DNA of 64,000 nt from Octopus sinensis. Taxonomy: Eukaryota. A program made the translations under genes and the position numbers. The DNA lies in assembly GCF_006345805.1 (NCBI RefSeq), contig NC_043002.1, positions 93,868,001 to 93,932,000 on the forward strand, read 5' to 3'. The notes beneath the pieces were generated by a model. The model was not told the origin of the DNA. It searched no databases and saw only the letters and a list, made by a program, of their open reading frames with translations. Every line of letters begins with the position of its first letter. Within the stretch, counting starts at the first letter, position 1. Of the stretch, positions 26,449-39,255 are shown one piece after another.

Positions 26449-27356
26449 CGAGGTGGTATCAAAAAATACCTGGACTAATTATGTTTTATAAAAAAAATAA
26501 CTTATTTACCTAAGTTTTAGCATCATCTGCTTCGAAATAGTCACCTTGTGCAGCAATTCACCGGTCCTAGCGTTCCTGCCATTTTTGAAATCCGGCCTGG
26601 AAGTCGTTTTCCGTAAGCGTATCAATAAACTTCTGCGATTCGCTTTGGATCTTGACAACGGTGTTAAACTGTGACCTTTGACCTGAATTTTCATCTTGGG
26701 AAAGAGATGGAAGTCTTCAGGTACTAAATCTGGCGAATAAGGCGGGTGTTGAAGCAGTACCATGTTGTTTTTGGCGAGAAACTCACGAGTGAGGAGAGTA
26801 CGGTGACAGAGAGCATTGTCGTCTTGAAGAATCCAATTGTTCGCAATCCACAGATCCAGTTGCATTCGCCGAATGTCCTTCCTCAAACGATTCAAAGCAT
26901 CGCAGTAGAAATCTCGATTGACAGTTTGGCCCTGGGGGTCGAATTCTCGATGCACGATACCACATCTCCGGGAGTGACGCACGAGGCAGGACTTCTAGAT
27001 CGCTCATCATCTTCCAGGGACGTTCTTCTGCTTTTGAAGCGCCCGTACCACTCGGAACATGGCGTACAACTCATTACCTCGTCGCCGTAAGCTTGCCGAA
27101 GCATGCTCAATATCTCTGTAGCAGACTTTCCAAGTTTAACACAAAATTTCATGTTGGTTCTTTGTTTCAACTTCCTGTCCATGACAAAATTGCAGACTAC
27201 AGCATACATGTGATCACAAAACACAAATTTCACGACTAGTGAAGTAAACACAACAATTCCATGAGACACTGCTAGCTCTCATTGCGCACGCAACCGTGTG
27301 TTGCTGTCTGTTGGCGTGCTGCAGAACTAGCCTGGGAAATTTTTTATACCACCTAG
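26449..27356 (-). mobile_element. Internally deleted mariner (DD34D-type) transposon
   Basis: approx. 29-bp TIRs (CGAGGTGGTATCAAAAAATACCTGGACTA), left TA TSD; QRTNMKFCVKLGKSATE HTH; WILQDDNA..HPPYSPDLVPEDF. Confidence 0.9.
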
Positions 27357-27863
27357 TGTAAAACACATGGTTTGATATCATTTATTCACGGCTGTAGTAA
27401 GCTTTTAAGTAAGAGGTTGACATATATCCAATGAATTTACTAGCGTGAATTCTGCGAAGAAAAAATCTCATTGCTAGTATGAAATGAGGCTCCTCAGCCA
27501 AGTTGGGTTTCTGCTATGGTCTAAATTTTTAGTAAAAAATTAGATAGACATATGTAAACAAGCACTGTTTAGTTTCAACGCGAAACAATAATGGGTTGCT
27601 CAATGTTCTCTAAAAAAAAACTCCTTAACGTACACTAGCGTATTATAACGAATCTATAAATAGACACCGTCAAAGACTTCTGATGAAAGTTTTAGCAACA
27701 AGACAAAATATTTAACCAACGCAACTTAAACATGTTGCCTCTTCTACTGAACCTAGAAAACGGTAAATACCTTTCTCATTTACAAAACAAGAATTTAATT
27801 GAAATCATCATTATCGGCAGTAGCAAAAATTATAGACATTATGTAGAGAGTTCCTCCCCTCCT

Positions 27864-27899
<36 letters not shown>

Positions 27900-27956
27900 C
27901 ATATAAGTATATTTGTATATGTTTGTGTATTTATGTAATGTTCTTTCTAATTTCAG

Positions 27957-28108
27957 TTGCATTTATTATCATCGGTGTAATCATATTTAATACGAAGAAA
28001 GCCGGTAGCTTGTACGAAATCGGTTGGTCCATGGGATTAGCCATAGCGGGAGCAGTCTTCGCTTTTATCGCTGGAGTGATGGTTGTCCTGGGCTATCTTG
28101 GCAAGTAA
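27957..28108 (+). CDS. PMP-22/claudin superfamily protein, exon 3 (stop)
   Basis: Acceptor TTTCAG/TT; (V)AFIIIGVIIFNTKKAGSLYEIGWSMGLAIAGAVFAFIAGVMVVLGYLGK*; spliced CDS 220+147+152=519 nt, 172 aa, four hydrophobic helices. Confidence 0.92.
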
Positions 28109-28509
28109 GCCCTGCGATCTCATTTGGAGGGATGTTGCAGATCACTGAAACGCCATTTAATTCCGACTTCACATCTGAACGTTGACAGTAACATGTGAGC
28201 TATAAAAAAAACAAAAAAAAAAACAAAAACAAAAAAAATAACAAAACAAAGCAAAAAAACAAAAAGGTTTCATTTTCTCGCTGCTAGTTTCCCTTCTCAC
28301 TCTCTTTTCTTCTTTCAATCTTCGTGCTAATAACAAAATAATGATTTCTTGTTTGCACTGAGACAGCAGATCGAGAAGAAAGAAAAACCGGCTCATTATT
28401 CAGTGGTTTAAATAATTTCTTTCTGTTTTTTTTTTATATATTTACTTTATTTTTTTGTTGACTTTTTTAATTTGTAACTTCATTGTGTTTTGAAAAAGTT
28501 ATATTCTCG

Positions 28510-28588
<79 letters not shown>

Positions 28589-28640
28589 ATATACTTTATT
28601 AATTATTATATTTTCTTTAATTTTGTTATCTTGGTTTCTA

Positions 28641-28646
28641 AATAAA
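28641..28646 (+). terminator. Candidate polyadenylation signal of the claudin-like gene
   Basis: AATAAA approx. 530 nt after the stop, followed by T-rich sequence. Confidence 0.5.
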
Positions 28647-28924
28647 AGCAGCGACCTCCATTGAACCGTTCACCGACATTTATACCAAATGTCTTAGTTT
28701 TGTCTTTTTCTCTCTCTTCTTTATCATTGTCATAATCATCTTGATCATCATCATTTTCATTATTAATATTATTATTACCATTATCATTATTATTATTATT
28801 ATATCGTCATTATTGTGAGTGGGGGCGGGGTGATTGTGCAGTTATTAATTACTTTCGGTGACCCAAGATAATAAAATATTTACTAACAATTTTACATTTT
28901 AGTTTAGTTATAACCGAAGAATTT

Positions 28925-29228
28925 GAAATCAGGGTGGTTAAATTTATTTTATTTCGGTGAAACTAACGTGGTTCCTTAATTTGATTAAACTCCAGTTTAT
29001 CTAAGTAAAATCGGGGTGGTTAAATTCAGTTCATCTCAGTTAGATCGGGGTGGTTATATTCAGTTTATCTCAATGAAATCAGGGTGGCTAAAAGCAATTT
29101 ATCTTAGTGAAATCAGGGTGATTAAATTCAATATACATCAGTGGAAACGGCGCTGTTAAATTCCATATACCTCGGTGAAGTCGAAATGGTTAAACCCTGT
29201 TTATTGTAATGAAATCCAAGAGTTAATT
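28925..29228. repeat. Degenerate 34-bp minisatellite, approx. 8-9 units
   Basis: Consensus GAAATCGGGGTGGTTAAATTCAGTTTATCTCAGT; exact 34-bp period from 29007 to 29210. Confidence 0.85.
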
Positions 29229-29524
29229 GTCCAAATCACAAATACTAATTCAACTAATGTACATGTGGGTAAGAAATTGTCGTCATCTCCGGTTTCTATC
29301 GCAGTTTTACTTTCATATTCTAAAAAAATTTACACTTTGTGACGACCTATCAGTTGACCACCAGTGCATAAGTAATAAATAAATGATACCTGGTTTCATA
29401 AAAAAAAACAAAAAAACTTTCGATTAATTAGTGAAGATGCAAACATGGGTGTGTGGTTTAAAGGTTCATTTCGAAACCACGTGTTTCTGCATTCGATCTC
29501 ATTGTGCAGCATCTTTGGTAAGAG

Positions 29525-29935
29525 TTTATTATTATTATTATTGTTATTGTTGTTGTTGTTGTTGTTGTTCCTTCGTTACATAGTGTAAGTAAAAATGCAC
29601 TGGAGTCTTTAGTCAGCTGTCAAGTCACAACAAGGACCTCAGACAGATAATACTTTCTTTAAGATGTGTACTGTACCCAATAAGGCTGCTTTTTGCAAGA
29701 CATCAATCTTGCATGGGATTTCCAGTTGCCTTAAGAAGTCTTGAAATTTCAAAGGGATTGAACCCAGCGATCCGATCACCACTGGTATCACTTTTACATT
29801 ACCTTCTCGCATTCCATACAGTCTTGCCATTTCTACCTTCAGTTCGGAGTACTTGGTGAATTTTTTTCAAAGTCTTTACTCGCAACATTCATGTCATTTG
29901 GTATGGCTACATCAATGATCTGACAGTATTTGTCT
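29525..29935 (-). mobile_element. 3' end of an RLE-type LINE with (AAC)n/(AAT)n tail
   Basis: IIDVAIPND..KYSELKVEMARLYGM..VIPVVIGSLG..LQKAALLGTVHILKKVL*. Confidence 0.8.
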
Positions 29936-30414
29936 GTATTATTATTATTATTATTATTATTATATTATTATTATTACCATCATATTGTAAAGTCACTGAA
30001 ATTTGGAGCTCTGTAAGTTGAAATAGCATTTGTAATGTTTTCGGCTTTCTAAGGCCCCGTATTTTCATTTTATTGTTACCATTGCATCTCTGAGATTGTC
30101 TGGACTGTGCAGATAGTTTTTTTGGGGGGTGGGGGGCATGTAGAAACACCCCCTGTTTTGCAGGGGATGCGCATCAATATTTTTGGATCTTAACAACTTC
30201 CGAACAAAATAATATTTTGCTGTTTTCATCAATCAATTAAAGGATGGATGATTAAGAAGCCATTATAATATAATGTTCGACAAAGGAACGCGTTCCTCGT
30301 CAGCAAAAAATGAGAACAAGAATACTGAATGACCTAAACTTAATGACGTCACCGAGGCGAATAAAAACAACAACAGCAACAGCAAAAACAGTAACAACGA
30401 CGACGACGACGACG

Positions 30415-30449
<35 letters not shown>

Positions 30450-30479
30450 ACGAAAGAAATGAAACATAAAAACGCGAAT

Positions 30480-33400
30480 GTCGCCTCCACTTCTTTTGCG
30501 TTTGCGGCGAGAAATATGGAAATTTTCCGCATAGATTAAGAAGATTTTAAAATGGCAAGAAAAATTGTGAAAAGGAATGGGAGAAGGGTAGCTCTAAGCC
30601 CTCCATCCGACGGGACAGAGAGCATCTTAAGATGCACGGTCACATACCGCTGCATTGGAGTTAAATCACGTCGGGTGGAAGATACTTCTGAGAGCGAGAT
30701 ACAAAAATGCCTCGGGAGCGTGTGGGAACAAAAGATCCACATCACCCGAGGAAAGAAGTTTGGAACTATTGGGGTGAGATTTGGGAGGGAAGAAGAAGCC
30801 ATGTGTAATTCCGCGACCACATTGAGGAATGACAACTTCTTAATCCCAAGCTATCACAGCCAACATCTTGCCAAGATTAGGGTGTTGAAGGCGGCGACCT
30901 GGCAGAAACGTTAGCATGCCGGACGAAATGCTTAGCGGTATTTCGTCTGTCATTACGTTCTGAGTTCAAATTCCGCCGAGGTCGACTTTGCCTTTCATTC
31001 TTTCGGGGTCGATAAATTAAGCACCAGTTACGCACTTGGGTCGATTATATCGACTTAATCCCTTTGTTTGTCCCCTCTATGTTTAGCCCCTTGTGGGCAA
31101 TAAAGAAATAAGAAATAAGATAAGGGTTTTGGATGTGCCGCCAGAAATATCTATCACCTGGTTAGTGGCGGCCGTTTTGGCAGGTCTAGAAGAAGACGAA
31201 GTAACAATATTAGATGTCAAGAAAATACCTAGGCAAAGCTGGTCTGGTACAGGTATGGAACTGACTTTACGATATAAGCAGGACCACATCGACCAGCTGC
31301 ACGACCTAATCGTCAGGCGTTTATAAAACTATAAGAAAAAAATTCCCATGTAGTGTGGGTTTTTAAAAAAAAAATCAATTGATAAAAGGCTGTTAGAAGG
31401 ACCTTTAAAAAAATTTTCGCCAGTAGAGAGGCCCGGAACTTCCGGGCTTCTCAAAAATCAATGTGAGTAACCTTCTCTTTTTCTTTCTCCGACTAGCATG
31501 ATTGTGCTGAGAATGGGGTGTGTAAATATGCGTGGCCTGGGATCAGCTTGGAAGTAAGGTCACTTGCTCAATAATCTCAGGTTGCTTGGTTAAGATGTCG
31601 CTGCCATTAGTGAAACAAGGATATCCGGAAAACACGTTCTAGCATCCACCTTTGAAGACTACGAGATATTCTCGTCTTGTAGTCTATCGGGAGCGGGTGG
31701 CGGTGTAGTAGTGCTGTTCCGGAAATCCTTAGATCTCCAAGTACGGGCTATCTTCTTGACCCTGGATGGTAGGGTAGTGGTCCTGGACGTGAATGTAGCG
31801 AAGGTGGCGCCTTTAGACTGGTGGTGGTTTATGCTCCAACAGGGGCTGGAAGGCCAGATTTCTTCAGGTGTCTAGAAACATTCTTGGGAACGTCTCGTTT
31901 AGTACTAGTGGGGGACTGGAATAGAATTTTGGACGCACGGAAGGACTGTGTGGGTTTAGTACATAGCAGTAGTGGGTGCAAAAGCCTCGAAAACCTGCTC
32001 AGGACTTTCCACCTTTCTGACAGGTACCGACTGGATTTCTCTCATGTGCCAGTGTGGACGTGAAGCAACCACAGCGGGTCATCCAGATCGTATTTAGATA
32101 GAACATTGTTAGGTCAGAGGATAGGGATAGCATGGGTTGTTCACAATTTCAATTGGTCGGCTGCACAGATCATAAATTTGCTATATGCTCAGTCGATGTA
32201 GATTGGACCCGTAGATAGGGACCATGTTACTGGAAGCTGAATGCGTCCTTACCGGCTCGCAAAGACTACAGAGATCTGATTAACGAACTAGTTAAGCGGC
32301 AGTTGACGGGGTTTGTCGTCAACAACCGATGGTGGATAGCTCTGGAGAGAGCAAAGATTTAGCAATAGAAAGAAATAGATTAGAGGGAGAACTAGTCAGC
32401 TAACTAGAAGAGGCTATTAGTAAAGGCATCGCGACCGACGTGTTAGCAGCGAGAATGGTCTTTGGGGCGAAAAACGAAGGGTGCGTTGTCAGAGCTAAGA
32501 CCCGTGCGCCAAAACACGAAGGAACTAAAGCCATCCGCTGGGCTCGAAAAGTAGAGACACGACATGGAAACAAAACCACAATCAAGTCTTTGACGGATCT
32601 AGACGAACGCGTGCTACTCGCTTCTGAGCAGATGTGTGCGGCTTTCCAGCAGCACTTTGCGCGGCTGTTTGAGGAGGGTGATGGGGCAGTGACGGTAACA
32701 GACTTTACTTCGTACCTAGACAGTCTACCATGGCTCTCAGTAACAGACGCGAGATTCTGCGAAAAGCCGATTACAGCCACTGAAATACGAGAGGCGATGA
32801 GCGATTGCACAAGTTGCAAATCGTCCGATTTGGATAGTCTGCCCTACGAAGTCTGCTTTCATACCAGATTTGTTTGGCAGCCTCTTGGCACACGTCTACG
32901 GTAACTGACAGCGGAACAGGAGAATTCCTAGTGTTGTTAGCCGGGATGTAGTAACACTTTTGAGAAAGGACGCCGACAATGGGGACGTGCTAGGGAATTT
33001 TCGGCCCATAACTCTGCTAAACAAAGAGTTTAAGATTTTGGCCAAGGTTTTAGCAAAAAAGTTAGTGCTTATCGTTGGTAGTCTGATCGGGGAGGCACAA
33101 ACGTGCGCAATGCCGAACAGGTCTACAACCTCCACCTTATAGGATACATCGTAGAGAGGGCTAGGACTAAAGTTGGCTTCGGTGGGGCCCTGATCAATTT
33201 AGATCAGTCGAAAGCTTTTGATAGGGTCGACCATCGCTACACGGAAGCCGTCCTTAAAGCAACCAGTTTGGGACCCGTTTTTAGAGGCACAGCGGTACCT
33301 GCTCGGTGGTTGAAATAAATGGCCACCTATCGGAACCGTTTAGCATCGCACGTTCGGTCCGTCAGGGCTGCCTGCTGTCACCTCTTCTGTATGTACTGGC

Positions 33401-35110
33401 TCTCGGGCCACTGCTGCGGAAGTTGGAACAGTTAAGAGGCCTCACTTTCAAAACTGGACTCAAGAGGGTAGTGTCGGTGTACACGGACGACCTCACCGTC
33501 ATGGTGTCGGAAGCCTTCGAAGTGGAGACAGTCGGTTTCATTGTAAAGGAATATGGGTCGGTTGCAGGGGACAAAATCAACGCCGAGAAGTCGGTGGGAT
33601 TGCAACTGGGGACCTAAAGGGGCAGATCGATGCCGTCGGACACTGGAGTGACGGACCAGTTAAACTGCTCGGAGTCTGGTTTGGTCCTGACCTCCAGATG
33701 GATAAGAACTTGGAAGGAGTGACGCACAGGGTGGCCTATCTTACCCAGAAATGGGCTGAGAGAAAGTTGTCCTTGAAAGGTCGGACAGAGGTGGTGAATG
33801 TCTACATCACCTCTGTCATTATTTATCGTCTGACCGTCGTGCCTTGCCCTAGTTACTACTTGATTAAATTGGAGCGTATCCTATTTATTTTCTTGGGGAA
33901 AGGACTCGTTCCAATGGCCAGGTGGTCGGTCTGCTGCCAACTACCTCTGCGTGGTGGCTTAGGCATGCCATAGCTTTTGATGCGCAGAAACTCACCCAGG
34001 TTGCGCCACCTGCAACGATTTCTAGAAGATGAACGTGTATGGGCTCCGTCTCATAAACATGCCTTTCTGCAGCTCGTCTCCTTGACAAAACTGCAGTCCT
34101 GGGTAAAGGATGGGCCGAGACTGGGCGCCTAGCACTTTGAATGTCGCAGGCGCTCACTGTCCTCTACCAGTCGGGCAATAAGATCGGTGGATGTTCCACT
34201 TTAGCTATATATAAAGGATTAGTAGCGGGGAAGTGAGACGACGTCCTCCGGAGACCCGAGGCGTCGACGATAACGAACTGGCAAGTCTGTTCTGGAGGAC
34301 TTTCCGGTCGGGGACTATTAGGGATAATTTCCAGATGTCTTTGACTTGGCAATGCTACTGGGGGACGCTACCGGTTCGAGATGAACTCTACAGACACAGA
34401 TGTGCTGTCAGATGGGCTTGTCCGAGGTGTTCACAGAGCGACGAAACTGTTTTGCATGCATTCGTTCAGTATCCGGGCATTGCTAACTTGCGGGATTATG
34501 TCGAACAAGTGTTGTTGCGTGTGGGCTGGATTCGTCTGTCAGCCGAGTCCATAATGATGATTGTCCCGGTGTTTTCCTTTTTGTCTGATGGCTGTGGCGA
34601 AAGAAGTTGTCTGGTGGACAAGGCTAAAAGGAATGAGGACAGAAACATTGCTTTTTGGTAAAGCCCTCATCGACTTTTTCAAGTTTCACTTGAAAAGGAA
34701 AGTAAGGGTGGAGATGGAGGTGCTGTCCTCGAGTGAATTTATGAAAAGGTGGGTGTAAGTTGCGAAAATGGCATGAGTGGATGGTACCACTCTCAATGTA
34801 GACCTGTGAGTCGGAAGAAAGATGTTACAGAGGACACTCGCCTTTGGTATTGAGGGTGATCTTGGATGGCAGGGTTCGTCAATTTTCTCCAGAGGTCCTC
34901 CTGTATCAGGAGGACCCTATTTCTATCACTTTTTCCCCTCTACTTCTAATGCCGTATACTGTGTATACATCCCTTCTACTAGTGTATACTGTGTATACTG
35001 TGTATACTGGTTTTTTTCATTCCATCATGTGTAAACCCCAAAACTTTATGTCCCTCTTTGCATTGTCCCTCTCATCCTTCGCCCTGATGGCAAATAAAAG
35101 AAATCTTTGT
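30480..35110 (+). mobile_element. Near full-length degraded L1/Tx1-clade LINE (ORF1, APE-RT-zinc finger ORF2)
   Basis: ORF1 from 30552; ORF2 from 31498 with LVGDWN, NFRPITLLNKEFKILAKVLA, LDQSKAFDRV, VRQGCLLSPLLY, YTDD, CPRC..ETVLH; AATAAA at 35093 and (AAT)n tail. Confidence 0.88.
30888..31116 (+). mobile_element. SINE family A nested in the Tx1-like ORF1
   Basis: TSD AAGATTAGGGTGTTG (30873-30887) / AAGATAAGGGTTTTG (31117-31131); ORF1 motif KIRVL is duplicated across it. Confidence 0.88.
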
Positions 35111-35111
35111 T

Positions 35112-35149
<38 letters not shown>

Positions 35150-35424
35150 GTAGTCTTTGGATGATCAGGTTTACTATTGTCTCGTGGATGTGTGTGTGTG
35201 TGTGTATATATGTGAGAGAGAGAGAGAGAGATGGAGAGAAAGACAGAGAGATCCCGTAATCGACCAGACTATCAGATGTTGTTATGCATCGCTGGTCACA
35301 ATGCGCTTTGCATTAGACTTCGATTGAACTGACTCGGCGAGCAGGCCTATACACACACACACACACACACTCACACACACACACACTCACACATACATAT
35401 ATATATATATATAATATATATATA

Positions 35425-35479
<55 letters not shown>

Positions 35480-35723
35480 ATATATTGTTGACACTGACTC
35501 CGAAGTTTCGACCACAAGAATATATATATATAAAATATATATATATAAAATGAAATCACCTCTATGTCAAACCATGCCATCTTAGAAAGGAGAAGGATGT
35601 ACTGGGTTGTGTCTTCCTAGATACACTGTGCCTGAAAAGTAAATGGGATGGTCATCACTGGAATGCTTTTGATCATGTCTGCTCAATCAGGGCTGACCTA
35701 GGGTAAAAACAACAACAACAATA

Positions 35724-35857
35724 GGAGGTGCAATGGCCCAGTGGTTAGGGCAGCAGAGTCACAGTTGGAGGATCGCGGTTTTGATTCCCAGACCAGGCGT
35801 TGTGTGTGTTTATTGAACGAAAACACCTAAAGCTCCACGAGGCTCTAGCAGGGGTGG
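35724..35857 (+). mobile_element. SINE family C, 3'-truncated
   Basis: tRNA-like head identical in layout to the other copies. Confidence 0.8.
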
Positions 35858-36430
35858 TCGAAACTTCGAAGTCACTGTCAACGACACTCTTGTATAAAAA
35901 TAATAAATTTTTACTCTACAAAAGTATTGAGTAACCCACCGGATTAATGTAAAATTGCTTTTATTATAAGAACATAAAAACAAACATTAAAAAATATATA
36001 TATATGATGTGTGTAACAGTATCTATGCTTGGTGCCTCAAGAAGTTGAGTTTAAATACTAAAATTTATTTCACCTTGTAATTAATTTGTAATTTCAATAA
36101 GGCAAATACCAGTAATTTCAAGAAAGTAAAGTCTACGGCACGAATGGTACCGAACTTGTCCCTTTTATACTCTTGTAGTGATTCTTACATGTGATCATGA
36201 TAATAACAGTTTATTGAAGTGTAATATACTGATTGTTTTCGTTCCAGTACACGATCTCAGATCAGGTCACTGGCTATGCAAGTACATCTCCGTAATATAC
36301 TGATTCTTTCCATTAATAGTTCAGTTAACCTAACAACGCTCATATTTTCACCTCTAACTGTTTTCTTCTCAGTTGAAACATCAAAATCGGCTTGAATCGG
36401 TTTTGATATTTTAAACGAGTCAAGTCCTGT
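35854..36430. mobile_element. Unclassified repeat remnant; its first 29 bp recur inverted at 35487-35515
   Basis: GTGGTCGAAACTTCGAAGTCACTGTCAAC vs GTTGACACTGACTCCGAAGTTTCGACCAC (27/29 as inverted repeat). Confidence 0.4.
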
Positions 36431-36905
36431 GTATTGTAGCAAAGACTGGAATCGAAACCTTACAGTTTTTGTAGCTAAGATAAAAGCACACTTGGATCAT
36501 GTGACATACCCAAATCAAGAGCCCTGGAATAGCAGGTGCAGGGGGTGCACTTGCTCCTCCTAAAGTTTTGTGGGGATGCAAAATTCAGTATTGCACCGCC
36601 CTGCTTACCTTTCCCAGGCTTAGAAAAACAGAACTAAAATAAATGAAAAGAAAAACCCCCAAAATTCCTAGAAAGATATATTATTGAGCTAAAGCATCCT
36701 CAACGTTAAAAATTTAATTAATTTATATATGTGTGTTTATTTATTTATTTATTTGTGTAACAGCAATATAACAACAACAAAACAACAAAAACCTCGGTCA
36801 CTCGTCGATACTAGCACAATTAATGAAATATTAAGCTTCACAATCAAGAACCCTTTTCCTGTGTAATTATCCACTTTCTCATTTTCTCGAAATCCCACAA
36901 GTGAC

Positions 36906-36950
<45 letters not shown>

Positions 36951-37116
36951 TATCATTATGTTCTACTGTTATTACCCTTACCACAACTAGACAATAGCAA
37001 CAACACGATCGGCATTAGCAGTCACTCTTCAATACTAGAACAATTGATGAGCTATTAAACAACACAATCCCTAGCTCTTTTCTACAGTCGGGTCACTCAA
37101 ATTCTTTTCAGAATAT

Positions 37117-37339
37117 ATATCTTTACTGCCCACAAGGGGCTAAACACAGAGGGGACAAACAAGGACAGACAAAGGGAGTAAGTCAATTACATTGACCCCA
37201 GTGCGAAACTGGTACTTTATTTATCGACCCCGAAAGGATGAAAGGTAAAGTCGACCTCGGCGGAATTTGAACTCAGAACATAACGACAGGCGAAATACCG
37301 CTAAGCACTTCGCCCGGCGCGCTAACGTTTCTGCCAGCT
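37117..37339 (-). mobile_element. SINE family A
   Basis: Near-consensus copy. Confidence 0.85.
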
Positions 37340-38824
37340 AACACAAGAGATCCATCATCATCATTGTTATCCTATTCTACTGCTACTGCCATTACCACTA
37401 CTACTACTCCAATTAGTAAAGAACCACTCCTTTCTTCCCCCTCCCACTATCCACTTTAATCTGAATGTATACCTTTCAGCTCCATAATAAATTTGCCAAT
37501 TGTAAGTAAAGTAAAATCACGAACACACGAAACCCCAAAATATGCCGCTATTCTCAACGCGAGAGACTATGCATACACAGTGACTGTAGCTTCACCCACT
37601 TTCCAAGAACAAGATGCACATTTCGTACAAGTAATACCAGCCAACGCCAAACCACACATATTACAACACCACCACCACCAGTAAAAGCATGGCTTCAAAT
37701 CACCACCAAATCTACAGTAGAAAAATCCTTTACAGTGGCAGTGTTAGTCCAGACTTTTATTGTAACACAGATGTCACCCAGATATCTACTGTAAAATCAA
37801 CAGCCGCAAACTATGATGAATCTGGCAAAAGAAATAAAAAAGACTTCTAACTCTCACACAGCACCAACCACTGCTATTACCCCAGTGTACAACCACACAT
37901 CATTGCCGCCATTAATCCACAAATTCAACTCTATGATAATGCCGAATGTACAAGGTGTTTCACACTTCACAAATTGAACGTAAGTATCATATCTTAGAGA
38001 CCTTGCACAGCAAGGGAGACCTCGTACATCGAGAAAAGACAACAAGTGTTGCACTAAATGAAACGCACCTGACCCCAGACATATTGGATGTGGAAGTACA
38101 TATGTCAGGATATGTATTACTCAGAACTGACCACAGAATGTGGAAACAAGGGTAAATAGCGATTTTCATCCAAGACGACCTGGCAACAAATGTCCTTCTC
38201 TCCCACTCCAACACAGTGTGCGATACACTAATAATGCATGCGATTGGCCTCAGTTTGTTCATAGATATTACCTACTGTCTTCCTGATGCAGTTAGCCACG
38301 GAGATCAAAGATGCTTTGTCGCTCATAAGCCAAACTTCAAATGAGGCCAGCTCACCGGCCAATGTACTTTTAGCAGGGTTTTTTAGTTTTCCTCATTTCT
38401 GCTGGCCTAAGAATTTTATCCAACCTGAAGTTATACAGCTGAACAGCAGAGATATGAATGCTCTTTTCGATAGTACTAAAAGACTTCCTCATACAACAAA
38501 TCATTACCTGTCCAACTAGGGGTAAAAACATACTCGATCTAGTCTTTACCACCAATACAGACTTCACTCACAATGTTCAGAACATTCCCACAGATATTTC
38601 CGACCACAAAATTATACAATTATCTGCATACGGTTCAAAGAGAGCAAATAACATCAAACATGACTAATTCTTCATAAACTTGAATATCAGTAAGGTCAAG
38701 TGGAATGAAATCGAAACTGAATTACTCGAAACAAATTGGCAATTTCAGTGTTAACGAAGGAATGAAATTTCTGTACGAAGAGTTTATCAGGATTTATTGA
38801 AAGCATGCCCCATATAAGAACGCC

Positions 38825-39255
38825 GGATCTTTTCGGTTTGAAATGCAGTTTTTAACATAATTTCTAGGTAACTAAAAAATTTTAAACTTCGTATACTGAT
38901 AGAATGTATTTATAAAATATCTTTTTCTCTTGGCTTTACTGAAAAAATTCTATAGTTTGTAAGATATTTGTTGTTTTTTTTCTTCAATTTCTGCAATTTC
39001 AACCAATCACTGACGTCTATTGAGTTAAAAAGCATTCTGTGCCGTATGAATATTCCCTCGTTTAAGAAACAGATTGGGTTTATTTACATTTGTGAAGAAA
39101 AAAAGATACCCTTCCCCCACCCTTAACCCTAACCCTAACCAACCCTAACCCTAAAACAGATTGAAATGCAATAGATCGATACTAGGGTCATAATTATGGA
39201 TGACAATTTCATGTGACACCGCTAGAAAAAACTGCCGTTCAAACCGAAAAGATCC
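38825..39255. mobile_element. GGATC-TIR MITE, 8-bp TSD
   Basis: TSD AGAACGCC / AGAATGCC; internal (CCCTAA)n. Confidence 0.92.

Noticed and set aside
30552-34758. Functional retrotransposon or transposase proteins anywhere in the window
   Set aside because: All LINE and mariner frames carry multiple stops, frameshifts or deletions
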